Source: an uncultured Bacteroidales bacterium (GTDB lineage Bacteria > Bacteroidota > Bacteroidia > Bacteroidales > UBA932). Taken from it: a stretch of 64,000 bases of DNA. Position numbers and translations under genes: made by a program. This document shows positions 19,651 through 28,322 of the stretch, one piece after another. The notes beneath the pieces are model-generated. The model searched no databases. It was not told the origin of the DNA and worked only from the letters and a program-made list of their open reading frames with translations. The stretch spans positions 20,473-84,472 of the forward strand of contig CAMJHF010000007.1 of assembly GCA_946405435.1 (NCBI GenBank), read 5' to 3'. Every line of letters begins with the position of its first letter. Positions within the stretch are counted from its first letter, which is position 1.

Positions 19651-21408
19651 ATGAGTGAAACAAACATTCCTGAAGAGGTCCTGCAGACCGTTTCAGATGT
19701 AGAAACCCCCAAGCCCGAGGTGGCACAGGAGCCTGCAGTTACGGAAGAACCTCAGAATCTCGCCGACAAGACGCTTGCCGAGCTTTCCGAGTTGTTCCGT
19801 TCCCTCAAGGAAAGCGCCGACAGCATGGCGCGTTCCAAAGAGGCCGAAAACATCAAATCCGCATTCTACAAGCTTCTGGGCAAGCTCAAAGGGGAAAATC
19901 CCGATGCTGAGAATTCACTGTCCAACCCCTTCGAGGCCGTAGAGGAGAACTTCAAGGCCGTCTACGCCGATTACAAGAAGGAAAGGGCCGAGTTCAATCG
20001 TCAGCAGGAGGCGCAGCGCGAGGCGAATCTCGCTGCCAAGAAGCAAATCATAGACGAACTCAAAGCCCTGGTCGAAAAAGACGAGGACGCCAGTGCATCT
20101 TTCCCTGCTTTCCGCGAGTTGCAGAACCGCTGGAGGGATGCCGGCCCCGTGCCTGTAAACGCATACCGGGACATCAACGATACCTACCAGTTCTACGTAG
20201 AGAAATTCTACGACATGGTCAAGATCAGCCGCGACCTTCGCGACCTTGATTTCCAGAAGAACCTCGAGGCCAAGGAGAAATTCTGCGAGGCCGCTGAAAA
20301 GCTTGCGGAGAATGAGAATGTCGTCTCCGCCTTCCATGAGCTCCAGAAGCTCCACGAGCAGTGGAAAGAATTCGGTCCCGTGGCCAAAGAGAAGAGGGAA
20401 GACATCTGGAACCGTTTCAAAGCCGCCACGTCCGTCATCAACAAACGCTACCAGGCTCATTTCGAGGGCCAGAAGGAAGAGCAGCTCGCCAATCTGAGCG
20501 CAAAGCAGGCGCTCTGCGAGCAGGTGGAGGAAATCGCCGCCAAGGAAATCACTTCCTCAAGCGAGTGGAACGAGCTTTCACGGAAAATCCAGGAGCTCCA
20601 GGAAGAGTGGCGCAAGATAGGCTTCGCCACCCGCAAGGAGAACCAGAAGGTATACGACCGTTTCCGTGCCGCCTGTGACGCTTTCTACGGCCACAAGCGC
20701 GACTACTACAACCAGTTCAAGGACTCCATGAACTCCAACCTGGAGAAGAAGATGTCCATAATCGAAAAGGCCGAGGCCCTCAAGACCAGCACTGAATGGA
20801 AGAAGGCCACGGACCAGTTCATCGAACTGCAGAAGCAATGGAAAGAAATAGGCGCCGTGCCCCGCAAGAAGAGCGAGCAGATTTGGAAGCGTTTCCGTGC
20901 AGCATGCGATGAGTTCTTCGCCGAAAGGGACAAGAACGCCAAGCCTGAAAATGATTTCTACGGCAACCTCAAGGCCAAGAAGAAAGTCATCGAAGACATC
21001 AAGGCCTACGTCCCTTCGGAGGATGAGACCGCAAATGCCGAGGCTCTCAGGGAATTCAATGAGCGCTGGCAGGCCATAGGCCATGTTCCTTTCAAGGAAA
21101 AGGACGCAGTAAACGACGCTTTCCGTGCCGCAGTCAAGGAAAAGTTCCCTCTGCTGCAGTCGTCCCGCCGTCCCCAGGGTGCCGGCCGCCCTTCCAAGGC
21201 GCCCCGCTCCGAGCATGACATCCTCATGGAGAAGCATCGTCAGCTTCAGCAGGACATTACTACTTACGAGAACAACATAGGCTTCTTTGCGGCGTCCAAG
21301 AATTCTGCACCTCTCATCCAGCAGATGCAGGAGCGCATAGAACAAGCCAAGGCGGAACTCAAGGAACTTGAAGCTAAAATCCGTCAGGCGGAGGAGAAGG
21401 CGGAGTAG
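19651..21408 (+). CDS. DUF349 domain-containing protein
   Basis: Repeated LQ..W..IG.VP....IW.RF..AC..F helical units; C-terminal ENNIGFF. Promoter TATATTTG at 19615-19622. Confidence 0.9.
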   Translation: MSETNIPEEVLQTVSDVETPKPEVAQEPAVTEEPQNLADKTLAELSELFRSLKESADSMARSKEAENIKSAFYKLLGKLKGENPDAENSLSNPFEAVEENFKAVYADYKKERAEFNRQQEAQREANLAAKKQIIDELKALVEKDEDASASFPAFRELQNRWRDAGPVPVNAYRDINDTYQFYVEKFYDMVKISRDLRDLDFQKNLEAKEKFCEAAEKLAENENVVSAFHELQKLHEQWKEFGPVAKEKREDIWNRFKAATSVINKRYQAHFEGQKEEQLANLSAKQALCEQVEEIAAKEITSSSEWNELSRKIQELQEEWRKIGFATRKENQKVYDRFRAACDAFYGHKRDYYNQFKDSMNSNLEKKMSIIEKAEALKTSTEWKKATDQFIELQKQWKEIGAVPRKKSEQIWKRFRAACDEFFAERDKNAKPENDFYGNLKAKKKVIEDIKAYVPSEDETANAEALREFNERWQAIGHVPFKEKDAVNDAFRAAVKEKFPLLQSSRRPQGAGRPSKAPRSEHDILMEKHRQLQQDITTYENNIGFFAASKNSAPLIQQMQERIEQAKAELKELEAKIRQAEEKAE

Positions 21409-21410
21409 AG

Positions 21411-23267
21411 ATGGACAAGAATACAGTTATAGGCTTTGTCCTTATCGCCCTGATCCTCTTTGGATTTACTTTCTTCGAGTCTTCGCAGCGTCGCAAGTAC
21501 ATGGAGCAGCAGCGCATCCAGGACTCCATAGCCCTGGCCAATGCGCCTGTCCGTGACTCGCTGGCTGTAGAAGAGAACACCGTCCCCGAAGACTACTCCG
21601 GGACCGTTCCCGCCCAGCAGGCCGTGTACAAGGACAGCCTGCTCCAGGCTTTCCATTCCGCCGAGGGTGAAATCGTCACCCTCGAGAACGACCTCGTCAA
21701 GCTGGACTTTACGACCAAGGGAGCCCAGCCCTACGCCGTACAGCTCAAAAAATACTCAAGCTACGGAGGAGGGGAGTTGAATCTGTTCAAGGATGGCGGC
21801 GCCGAATATGCAGTGAGCGTATATGCGGGGCAGTATATCCGCACAAGTGATTTCAACTTCAACGTTGCAGAGACGACCGACTCAACGATAGTATTCCGTC
21901 TGCCTTTCAGCGGAGGCGGCTACATAGAGCAGAGCTACATCCTGCCCGCCGGCAGCTACAATGTACGCAACCGGGTGGCTTTCGTGGGCATGCAGGATAT
22001 AATCCCGCGCAATGTCGGGTCGGTGGACGTGGACTTCAACGTGACGGTCCCAAGGCTCGAGAAAGGTTACAAGAACGAGTCTCAGTATTCAAAGCTGGAC
22101 TACTATTTCCTGGGAGAGAAGAAGCCGGTGGAGATAGGCCGCGGCCGTTCTTCTTCCAAGAGCATAGGCAACCGTCTGAGCTGGTTCGCGTTCCAGCAGC
22201 AGTTCTTTTCCGCCATCATGTACTCCCCTCAGGAGTTCGCCAACGGCGAGGTTTCGGTTCAGTTCCTTCCTGAAAACGATCCTTCGCATAACCTGATGAC
22301 CTGCAGCGCCCGTATGCGCTCGGATTTCCGTTCCGCACCCGAGGTCGTGCTGCCGTTCGAATTCTACTTCGGCCCCAATCACTTCAGCACGCTCAAGTCC
22401 TTTGACCGTAAATACGAGAAAATCATTCCTCTGGGAGGATCCCTCGTGGGCTGGTTCACGCGCTACGCCATCATTCCGATGTTCAACTTCTTCAGCCGGT
22501 TTATCAGCAACTTCGGCCTGATAATCCTGCTCATGACGCTCGTGATCAAGCTCGTGGTCTTCCCTCTGACCTACAAGTCTTATTCATCGTCAGCGAAGAT
22601 GCAGGTGCTCAAGCCCGAGATCGAAAAGATCAACGCCAAGTATCCCAAGCAGGAAGATGCGATGAAGAAGCAACAGGCCACCATGGACCTCTACAAGCGG
22701 GCCGGAGTCAATGCGATGGGCGGATGTCTTCCGACACTGCTTACCTTCCCGATACTCTGGGCGATGTTCCGTTTCTTCCCGGCGTCCATCGAGCTGAGGC
22801 AGCAGCCCTTCCTGTGGTGCGACGACCTGAGCGCCTACGATTCTATCCTCGACTACGGCGTCAAGATTCCTATCCTGGGCGACCACCTGTCCCTCTTCGC
22901 CTTGCTCATGGCCGTGGTCATGTGGCTTTATTCCAAGATGACTACCGCCAACCAGACGGCATCGAACGATCCTACGGCTTCTTCCATGAAGTTCATGACG
23001 CTGTGGATGATGCCTATAATGATGTTCTTCATCTGCAACAACCTGTCGGCTGCGTTGAGCTATTATTACCTGCTTTCCCAGCTTATAGCGATCATACAGA
23101 CCTGGGTGATAAAGAAGTTCTTCGTGCACCCCGACAAGATTCTTGCAAAGCTTAAGGAAAGCGAAGGCAAGCCTGTTCCCAAGTCCAAGTGGCAGCAGCG
23201 CCTCGAAATGGCTCAGAAGATGCAGGAACAGCAGCTTCGTGAGCAGCAAAAGAAACAGCGCCGCTAA
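21411..23267 (+). CDS. yidC: Membrane protein insertase YidC
   Basis: MDKNTVIGF N-terminal TM; YFGPN, NFGLIILLMT, GGCLP and FLWCDDLS motifs. Confidence 0.96.
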   Translation: MDKNTVIGFVLIALILFGFTFFESSQRRKYMEQQRIQDSIALANAPVRDSLAVEENTVPEDYSGTVPAQQAVYKDSLLQAFHSAEGEIVTLENDLVKLDFTTKGAQPYAVQLKKYSSYGGGELNLFKDGGAEYAVSVYAGQYIRTSDFNFNVAETTDSTIVFRLPFSGGGYIEQSYILPAGSYNVRNRVAFVGMQDIIPRNVGSVDVDFNVTVPRLEKGYKNESQYSKLDYYFLGEKKPVEIGRGRSSSKSIGNRLSWFAFQQQFFSAIMYSPQEFANGEVSVQFLPENDPSHNLMTCSARMRSDFRSAPEVVLPFEFYFGPNHFSTLKSFDRKYEKIIPLGGSLVGWFTRYAIIPMFNFFSRFISNFGLIILLMTLVIKLVVFPLTYKSYSSSAKMQVLKPEIEKINAKYPKQEDAMKKQQATMDLYKRAGVNAMGGCLPTLLTFPILWAMFRFFPASIELRQQPFLWCDDLSAYDSILDYGVKIPILGDHLSLFALLMAVVMWLYSKMTTANQTASNDPTASSMKFMTLWMMPIMMFFICNNLSAALSYYYLLSQLIAIIQTWVIKKFFVHPDKILAKLKESEGKPVPKSKWQQRLEMAQKMQEQQLREQQKKQRR

Positions 23268-23926
23268 TGGGAATAGCTCAGAATATCTTATCGATCAAAT
23301 CAGAACTGCCACCGCAAGTCAAGCTGGTGGCAGTTTCGAAATTCCACCCCTGCGAAGACATAGAAGAGGCTCTTGCCTGCGGGCAGACCTGCTTCGGCGA
23401 GAACCGCCCGCAGGAGTTCGAAAAGAAGGCCCAGGCTCTTTCTGGCCGCGGTATCGAGTGGCATTTCATCGGCCACCTGCAGACCAACAAACTCAAGATG
23501 GTCCTGCCGTACGCGGACTTGGTCCAGTCGGTGGATTCGCTTCACCTTCTTCAGGCGATAGATGAGTGGGGCCGCAAAAACGGCAAGGTTATACCCGTCC
23601 TTCTGGAGTTGCATGTCGCTGCAGAAGAGACCAAGCAAGGTTTCTATGAAGAAGAGGTCCTGGATATCCTTTTCCGGGCGGAGTCTTTCAAGAACATCAG
23701 TTTTCGCGGTCTCATGGGCATGGCCACGAACACGGACTGCGAAGACGATGTCCGGGCGGATTTCTCGAGGATACGGGCTTGTTACGACTATCTCCGCGAC
23801 CTGTTTCCAGAGTATTCCAGCTTCAAGGAGCTTTCCATCGGCATGTCCGGCGACTGGCGTATAGCCCTTGAATACGGCGCCACAATGGTCCGCATAGGCA
23901 CAGCCATTTTCGGCCCTCGCATTTAG
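23267..23926 (+). CDS. yggS: PLP homeostasis protein (YggS family)
   Basis: LVAVSKF, FGEN, WHFIGHLQTNK, LSIGMSGD and VRIGTAIFG motifs. Confidence 0.95.
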   Translation: MGIAQNILSIKSELPPQVKLVAVSKFHPCEDIEEALACGQTCFGENRPQEFEKKAQALSGRGIEWHFIGHLQTNKLKMVLPYADLVQSVDSLHLLQAIDEWGRKNGKVIPVLLELHVAAEETKQGFYEEEVLDILFRAESFKNISFRGLMGMATNTDCEDDVRADFSRIRACYDYLRDLFPEYSSFKELSIGMSGDWRIALEYGATMVRIGTAIFGPRI

Positions 23927-23927
23927 T

Positions 23928-24047
23928 CATCAGGCAGCAGCCTGCCTTCTGAAAAATGTGCCACCCTCGGCAACATAAGAGGGAGGGGCCCACGTAGTGG
24001 GAGGGGTCGCGTAGCGACTTTTTCAGAAGACAGGCTGCTGCCTGATG
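23928..24047. mobile_element. 120-bp MITE/REP-like element: 29-bp terminal inverted repeats (28/29) enclosing three small hairpins
   Basis: CATCAGGCAGCAGCCTGCCTTCTGAAAAA (23928-23956) vs TTTTTCAGAAGACAGGCTGCTGCCTGATG (24019-24047). It lies between convergent genes, so it may also act as a bidirectional terminator. Confidence 0.55.
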
Positions 24048-24069
24048 GCTTTGACAAGAGGGAAGACTG

Positions 24070-24615
24070 CTATAGTGCGTCTTCCGGTGAGAGGGGCAGG
24101 CGGATCCGGTCTTTTGCAGAAAGAATCATTTTCCCGTAAGGGATACGCCAGTCGATGCCGAGAGCGGGATCCGTCAGCTGAATCCCTGCGTCTGCCTCAG
24201 GATGGTAGAACTCATCGCATTTGTACTGGAAAACAGCCACATCGCTCAAGACGGAGAAGCCGTGGGCGAATCCCTTGGGAATGAAGAACTGAAGGTGATT
24301 CTCCTCGCTGAGTTCCACTGCGACGTGCCTGCCGAAGGTTGGAGAACCCTTGCGGATATCTACCGCCACGTCGAGCACCTTGCCGCGGACGCACCTGACC
24401 AGTTTGCTTTGTGTATAAGGAGCCTTCTGGAAATGCAGACCGCGGACCACGCCGTAACATGACATGCTTTCGTTGTCCTGGACAAACTGCACAGGGCCTA
24501 CGGCATCGCTGAAATCCCGGGCAGAAAAACTCTCGAAGAAATAACCCCGTTCGTCTTCGAACACTCTGGGTTTTATGACAACCAGTCCTTCTATATCGGT
24601 TTTAATAACTTCCAT
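24070..24615 (-). CDS. rfbC: dTDP-4-dehydrorhamnose 3,5-epimerase
   Basis: DERGYFFES, FVQDNES, RGLHFQ, DVAVDIRKGSPTFG and GFAHGF motifs. Confidence 0.96.
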   Translation of the reverse strand: MEVIKTDIEGLVVIKPRVFEDERGYFFESFSARDFSDAVGPVQFVQDNESMSCYGVVRGLHFQKAPYTQSKLVRCVRGKVLDVAVDIRKGSPTFGRHVAVELSEENHLQFFIPKGFAHGFSVLSDVAVFQYKCDEFYHPEADAGIQLTDPALGIDWRIPYGKMILSAKDRIRLPLSPEDAL

Positions 24616-24620
24616 ACGAA

Positions 24621-25919
24621 TTATTCTTTGCTGTAATATTTTGGCCAGCAGCTCTTTAAGTATGCTTTAAGCCGTTCTTCAGAGGGATTTGCGGCGGGCT
24701 CGTAGAACACCCGGCCGCGCATTATGTCCGGCATGAATTCCAGGTCGGTGAAATGCCCCTCGTAGTCATGGGCGTATTTGTAGCCGTCGGAATATCCCAG
24801 TTCTTTCATAAGTGAAGTAGGTGCGTTCCTGAGGTACAAGGGAACAGGGGCAGTCTTGTCCTCGTTCACTGCCGACATTGCCGAATCGATGGCCATGATG
24901 GCGGAATTGCTCTTGGGGGATGATGCCAGGTAGACGGCACATTCGCTCAGGGGGATGCGGGCCTCCGGCATCCCAATCGAATGAACGATGCGGAAAGTGG
25001 CGTCGGCAAGCAGGAGGGCGTTGGGATTGGCCAGACCTATGTCTTCTGCCGCCAGGATACAAAGACGGCGGGCAATGAACAGCGGGTCTTCTCCGCCGGC
25101 AAGCATGCGCGCCATCCAGTAGACCGCAGCGTTGGGGTCCGAACCACGTACCGACTTGATGAAGGCCGAAATGATGTCATAATGCATCTCTCCGCCTTTG
25201 TCATAGATGGCGACATTCTCCTGCAGGCATGTCGTAACGGCCTTGTTGGTAAGGTGTATGCTGCCGTCGTCCGACGGGGGAGTAGCGTCGGTCACAATTT
25301 CGAGGATATTCAGAAGTTTGCGGGCGTCCCCGCCGCTCTGGCGGAACAGAGCCTCGGTCTGATCCACTACGACCTTCTTCTGGCGAAGAATCTCGTCAGT
25401 CTCCAGGGCACGCTTCAGCAAAAGCTCCAGGTCCGACGATTCAAGTGATTTGAGAACAAATACTTGGCATCGAGACAGAAGGGGAGTTATCACTTCAAAG
25501 GAAGGGTTTTCGGTGGTGGCGCCGATGAGTACTACGGTGCCGGATTCCACTGCACCCAGCAATGCATCCTGCTGCGCTTTGTTGAAGCGGTGGATTTCGT
25601 CTATGAAAAGTATGGGGGCGGCGGAGGCGGAGAAAAGCGACTTGTTCCGCGCCTTGTCTATAACGTCGCGAACGTCCTTCACACCCGAACTGACGGCCGA
25701 CAGAGTGTAGAATTCCCGGTCAAGGGTGTTGGCTATTATGCTGGCCAGGGTGGTCTTGCCGACTCCGGGAGGACCCCAGAGGATGAATGAAGACAGGCTG
25801 CCGCTGTCGATCATGTTGCGCAGGATGCAGCCCGGGCCCACGAGGTGCCGCTGTCCAACATATTGCGACAGATCGTGCGGACGCATCCGTTCGGGAAGAG
25901 GTATGCCGGAATCAGTCAT
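24621..25919 (-). CDS. rarA: Replication-associated recombination protein A (MgsA/RarA)
   Basis: PERMRP, WGPPGVGKTT, FIDEIHRFNKAQQD, GATTENP and HYDIISAFIKSVRGSD motifs. Confidence 0.96.
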   Translation of the reverse strand: MTDSGIPLPERMRPHDLSQYVGQRHLVGPGCILRNMIDSGSLSSFILWGPPGVGKTTLASIIANTLDREFYTLSAVSSGVKDVRDVIDKARNKSLFSASAAPILFIDEIHRFNKAQQDALLGAVESGTVVLIGATTENPSFEVITPLLSRCQVFVLKSLESSDLELLLKRALETDEILRQKKVVVDQTEALFRQSGGDARKLLNILEIVTDATPPSDDGSIHLTNKAVTTCLQENVAIYDKGGEMHYDIISAFIKSVRGSDPNAAVYWMARMLAGGEDPLFIARRLCILAAEDIGLANPNALLLADATFRIVHSIGMPEARIPLSECAVYLASSPKSNSAIMAIDSAMSAVNEDKTAPVPLYLRNAPTSLMKELGYSDGYKYAHDYEGHFTDLEFMPDIMRGRVFYEPAANPSEERLKAYLKSCWPKYYSKE

Positions 25920-27057
25920 TAGAATATCCAAGGATCTTTTTGTATGAACGGCGGCGTTTCACACATTCAGTTTCGAAGTCTTTCCATTGGCCCTGGTTCT
26001 TGAGGTTGTCCTCGAGAACGGCGTTGGTTTCAGCCCATTTTACGCCCCATTTGCTGAAGCGGGAGAACAAGTCGGCAAACAGCAGGGAATTGATGCCGGT
26101 GTTCTGGTAATCAGGCCTTACGCCCACGAGAAGCATTTCCACTCCTTCTTCATGCTTGATGAACATGGACTTCAGAAGATGCCACCAGCCGAAGGGGAAA
26201 AGCTTGCCGCGGCTTTTCTGCAGGGCCCTGGCGATGGAGGGCATCGTGATGCCGAAGGCCACCAGTTCGCCTTTGTCATTCTCCACCATGCTCAAGTAAC
26301 GGAGATCGAGTATGCTCAGGTAGAAATCCAGGTACTTCCTGGCCATTTCGTCGGGCAGGACGGTAAAGTTGTAAAGGTTTTTGTAGCACTCGTTTATGAG
26401 CCGGAAAACCTTCATGCCGTATTGCTCTTTGCGGATTATTCTGCGGGTAAGGGGCCGCAGGTTGACATTGCAGCGCTCCTTTACGATGTTTGAAATCCGA
26501 TTCAGCCGGTCGGGTAGTTTTTCAGGAATGAACACCTTGTACTCGATCCAGTCTGCGTCCTTTTCGAACCCCATTGCCTGAATGTGGTCGTTGTAGTACG
26601 GATGGTTGTAGATCAGAGCCATGGTGCTCAGCCTGTCGAAGCCCGATACCAGCTGGCCCTCGGGATCGAAATCCGTGAAACCAAGCGGCCCCACTACGGA
26701 TTCCATTCCATGCTCGCGTCCGAATTCGTATACTTTCTCCATCAGCGCGCCGGATACTTCGGCGTCGTCGATGAAGTCGTACCATCCGAAACGGACTTCT
26801 TTGTGGTTCCACTGCTCGTTGGCCTTGAAATTGACAATGGCGGCGACGCGTCCGGCCAGCCTTCCGTCCTTGTAGGCGAGATAGAGTGCTGAATCACAGA
26901 ATTCCTGAGCCGCGCCTTTTTCCTGGTCGAGGGTGTCCATCTGATCGAAAAATAGCGGCGGAACATAATATGGATTGTTCCTGTAGAGCGTTTCGGGGAA
27001 ATCGACGAAGAGCCGCAAATCTCTCTTGCTGAGGACTTTTTTTATTTCTACGGACAT
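25912..27057 (-). CDS. Tandem GNAT N-acyltransferase (YghO / bacterial ceramide synthase bCerS-like)
   Basis: F..FP..LY..NPYYVPPL, GRVAAI, RFGW.DFIDD, GPLGFTDFDPEG.LV.GFD, YNHPYY and GVRPDYQNTG motifs. Confidence 0.75.
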   Translation of the reverse strand: MSVEIKKVLSKRDLRLFVDFPETLYRNNPYYVPPLFFDQMDTLDQEKGAAQEFCDSALYLAYKDGRLAGRVAAIVNFKANEQWNHKEVRFGWYDFIDDAEVSGALMEKVYEFGREHGMESVVGPLGFTDFDPEGQLVSGFDRLSTMALIYNHPYYNDHIQAMGFEKDADWIEYKVFIPEKLPDRLNRISNIVKERCNVNLRPLTRRIIRKEQYGMKVFRLINECYKNLYNFTVLPDEMARKYLDFYLSILDLRYLSMVENDKGELVAFGITMPSIARALQKSRGKLFPFGWWHLLKSMFIKHEEGVEMLLVGVRPDYQNTGINSLLFADLFSRFSKWGVKWAETNAVLEDNLKNQGQWKDFETECVKRRRSYKKILGYSND

Positions 27058-27132
27058 GGGCTTATTATTGGTTGCATCTGCTAAGATACAGTTTTTATTG
27101 GATATAATCAAAGATTTACCTATCTTCGTGAT

Positions 27133-27717
27133 GTGTACTTAAAGCCTGGCATAATTCTGTCCATTACGCTGATGCTGTTCCTGGGCTTTCAACCGGGAGC
27201 TCGGGCTCAGGAAGTCGGTGTCTTCAATTCTTTGAAGGGAATCGGGGCTGCCGCGCGTTTTTATGATTCTCCCGACGCCTTCGTAAGTGCCCATTTCTAT
27301 GTGGATATATACGGTGTGGTCACGAGCCGGTGCTCCTACCCGGGTTACAAGATGAACGTATCCAGGCAGTATGTCTTTGCACGTATCCCACGCAACGGCT
27401 ATACCATGGAGTTTTACGCCGGCCCTGGATTGACTGCCGGATATGTCCGCGACCACGACAAAGGGCGCGGCTGGGACCTTACCTCGCTCACCAGCGACAA
27501 CCAGGGCTGGATGGTAGGGATCAGCGGAGACGCCGGCTGCCGCTTCGACTTCGGAGGTGCGGTTGCCCTGGATCTTTCCCTTATGGCCGAGGCCGGAGCC
27601 CACTTCCGCCGCACTGAAAATGAAGATACTTACAATGCCGTCAGCTCAAGCATCTACAACAATGGAATCCTGCAGGCATTGTACCCCCAGTTGACCATAC
27701 TCTTCAGGCTCAAATGA
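27133..27717 (+). CDS. Hypothetical secreted protein, probable small outer-membrane beta-barrel
   Basis: Signal peptide ending ARA-Q; alternating aromatic/Gly strands (FYAGPGLTAGYV); C-terminal LFRLK. Confidence 0.65.
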   Translation: MYLKPGIILSITLMLFLGFQPGARAQEVGVFNSLKGIGAAARFYDSPDAFVSAHFYVDIYGVVTSRCSYPGYKMNVSRQYVFARIPRNGYTMEFYAGPGLTAGYVRDHDKGRGWDLTSLTSDNQGWMVGISGDAGCRFDFGGAVALDLSLMAEAGAHFRRTENEDTYNAVSSSIYNNGILQALYPQLTILFRLK

Positions 27718-28322
27718 AAAAGAGATTACTGCTGATTCTGCTTGTACTGCTTCCCCTGGCCAACGTCAGGGCCGGCGGTTTCCTGCGTCCCAGCTTTGGC
27801 TTGGAGTGGGGCTATACGGGCACTTTCCTGCGCACCTGGCAGCATAACTTCATCTGCAATGAAGGATACCGGATCATCGAGAGCGACAAGACCTGGCGCT
27901 ATTTCAGCAACGGTATGATCGAGGCATGCGCCGGCGTTGACATCGGCGGCAAGGTCAACGCCTCCATTTACTCGGGACTTGCCGGCGTCTACTTCAAGCG
28001 GTGGATGATACCTCTGGAGTTCAGGGTACGCTATTGCCCCTCCGGTCTTGTGAACAATGGCTTCATCTGCTATGCCGGGGCAGGGGGGATGTTTCCCACA
28101 AGCACGCGTACGGATACGAACCTGGGCTTCAAACTAGGGGGAGGATACCGGGTGTCCGTGTTCAGGAGCATTTCCGTAGATTTCCTGCTTTCGGCCCATT
28201 GCACCACGGACCATGACTCGATAGTGGACCCGGACACTAAGCGCAACGTCCCCACGCTTGACATTACAGACTGCGGTGCCAAGTATGTGGCGCTTTGCGC
28301 CTCGATTGCCATCAATTTCTAG
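27714..28322 (+). CDS. Hypothetical secreted protein, probable small outer-membrane beta-barrel
   Basis: Signal peptide; strands FGLEWGY, IPLEFRVRY and LGGGYRV; C-terminal Phe. Confidence 0.65.
   Translation: MKKRLLLILLVLLPLANVRAGGFLRPSFGLEWGYTGTFLRTWQHNFICNEGYRIIESDKTWRYFSNGMIEACAGVDIGGKVNASIYSGLAGVYFKRWMIPLEFRVRYCPSGLVNNGFICYAGAGGMFPTSTRTDTNLGFKLGGGYRVSVFRSISVDFLLSAHCTTDHDSIVDPDTKRNVPTLDITDCGAKYVALCASIAINF

Noticed and set aside
23928-24047. tRNA interpretation of the cloverleaf-like element
   Set aside because: No T-loop (TTCRA), D-loop or 7-nt anticodon loop, and the closing stem is 29 bp.
24070-24615. rfbC as marker of a polysaccharide biosynthesis island
   Set aside because: It is isolated downstream of rarA, with no rfbA/B/D or glycosyltransferases nearby.
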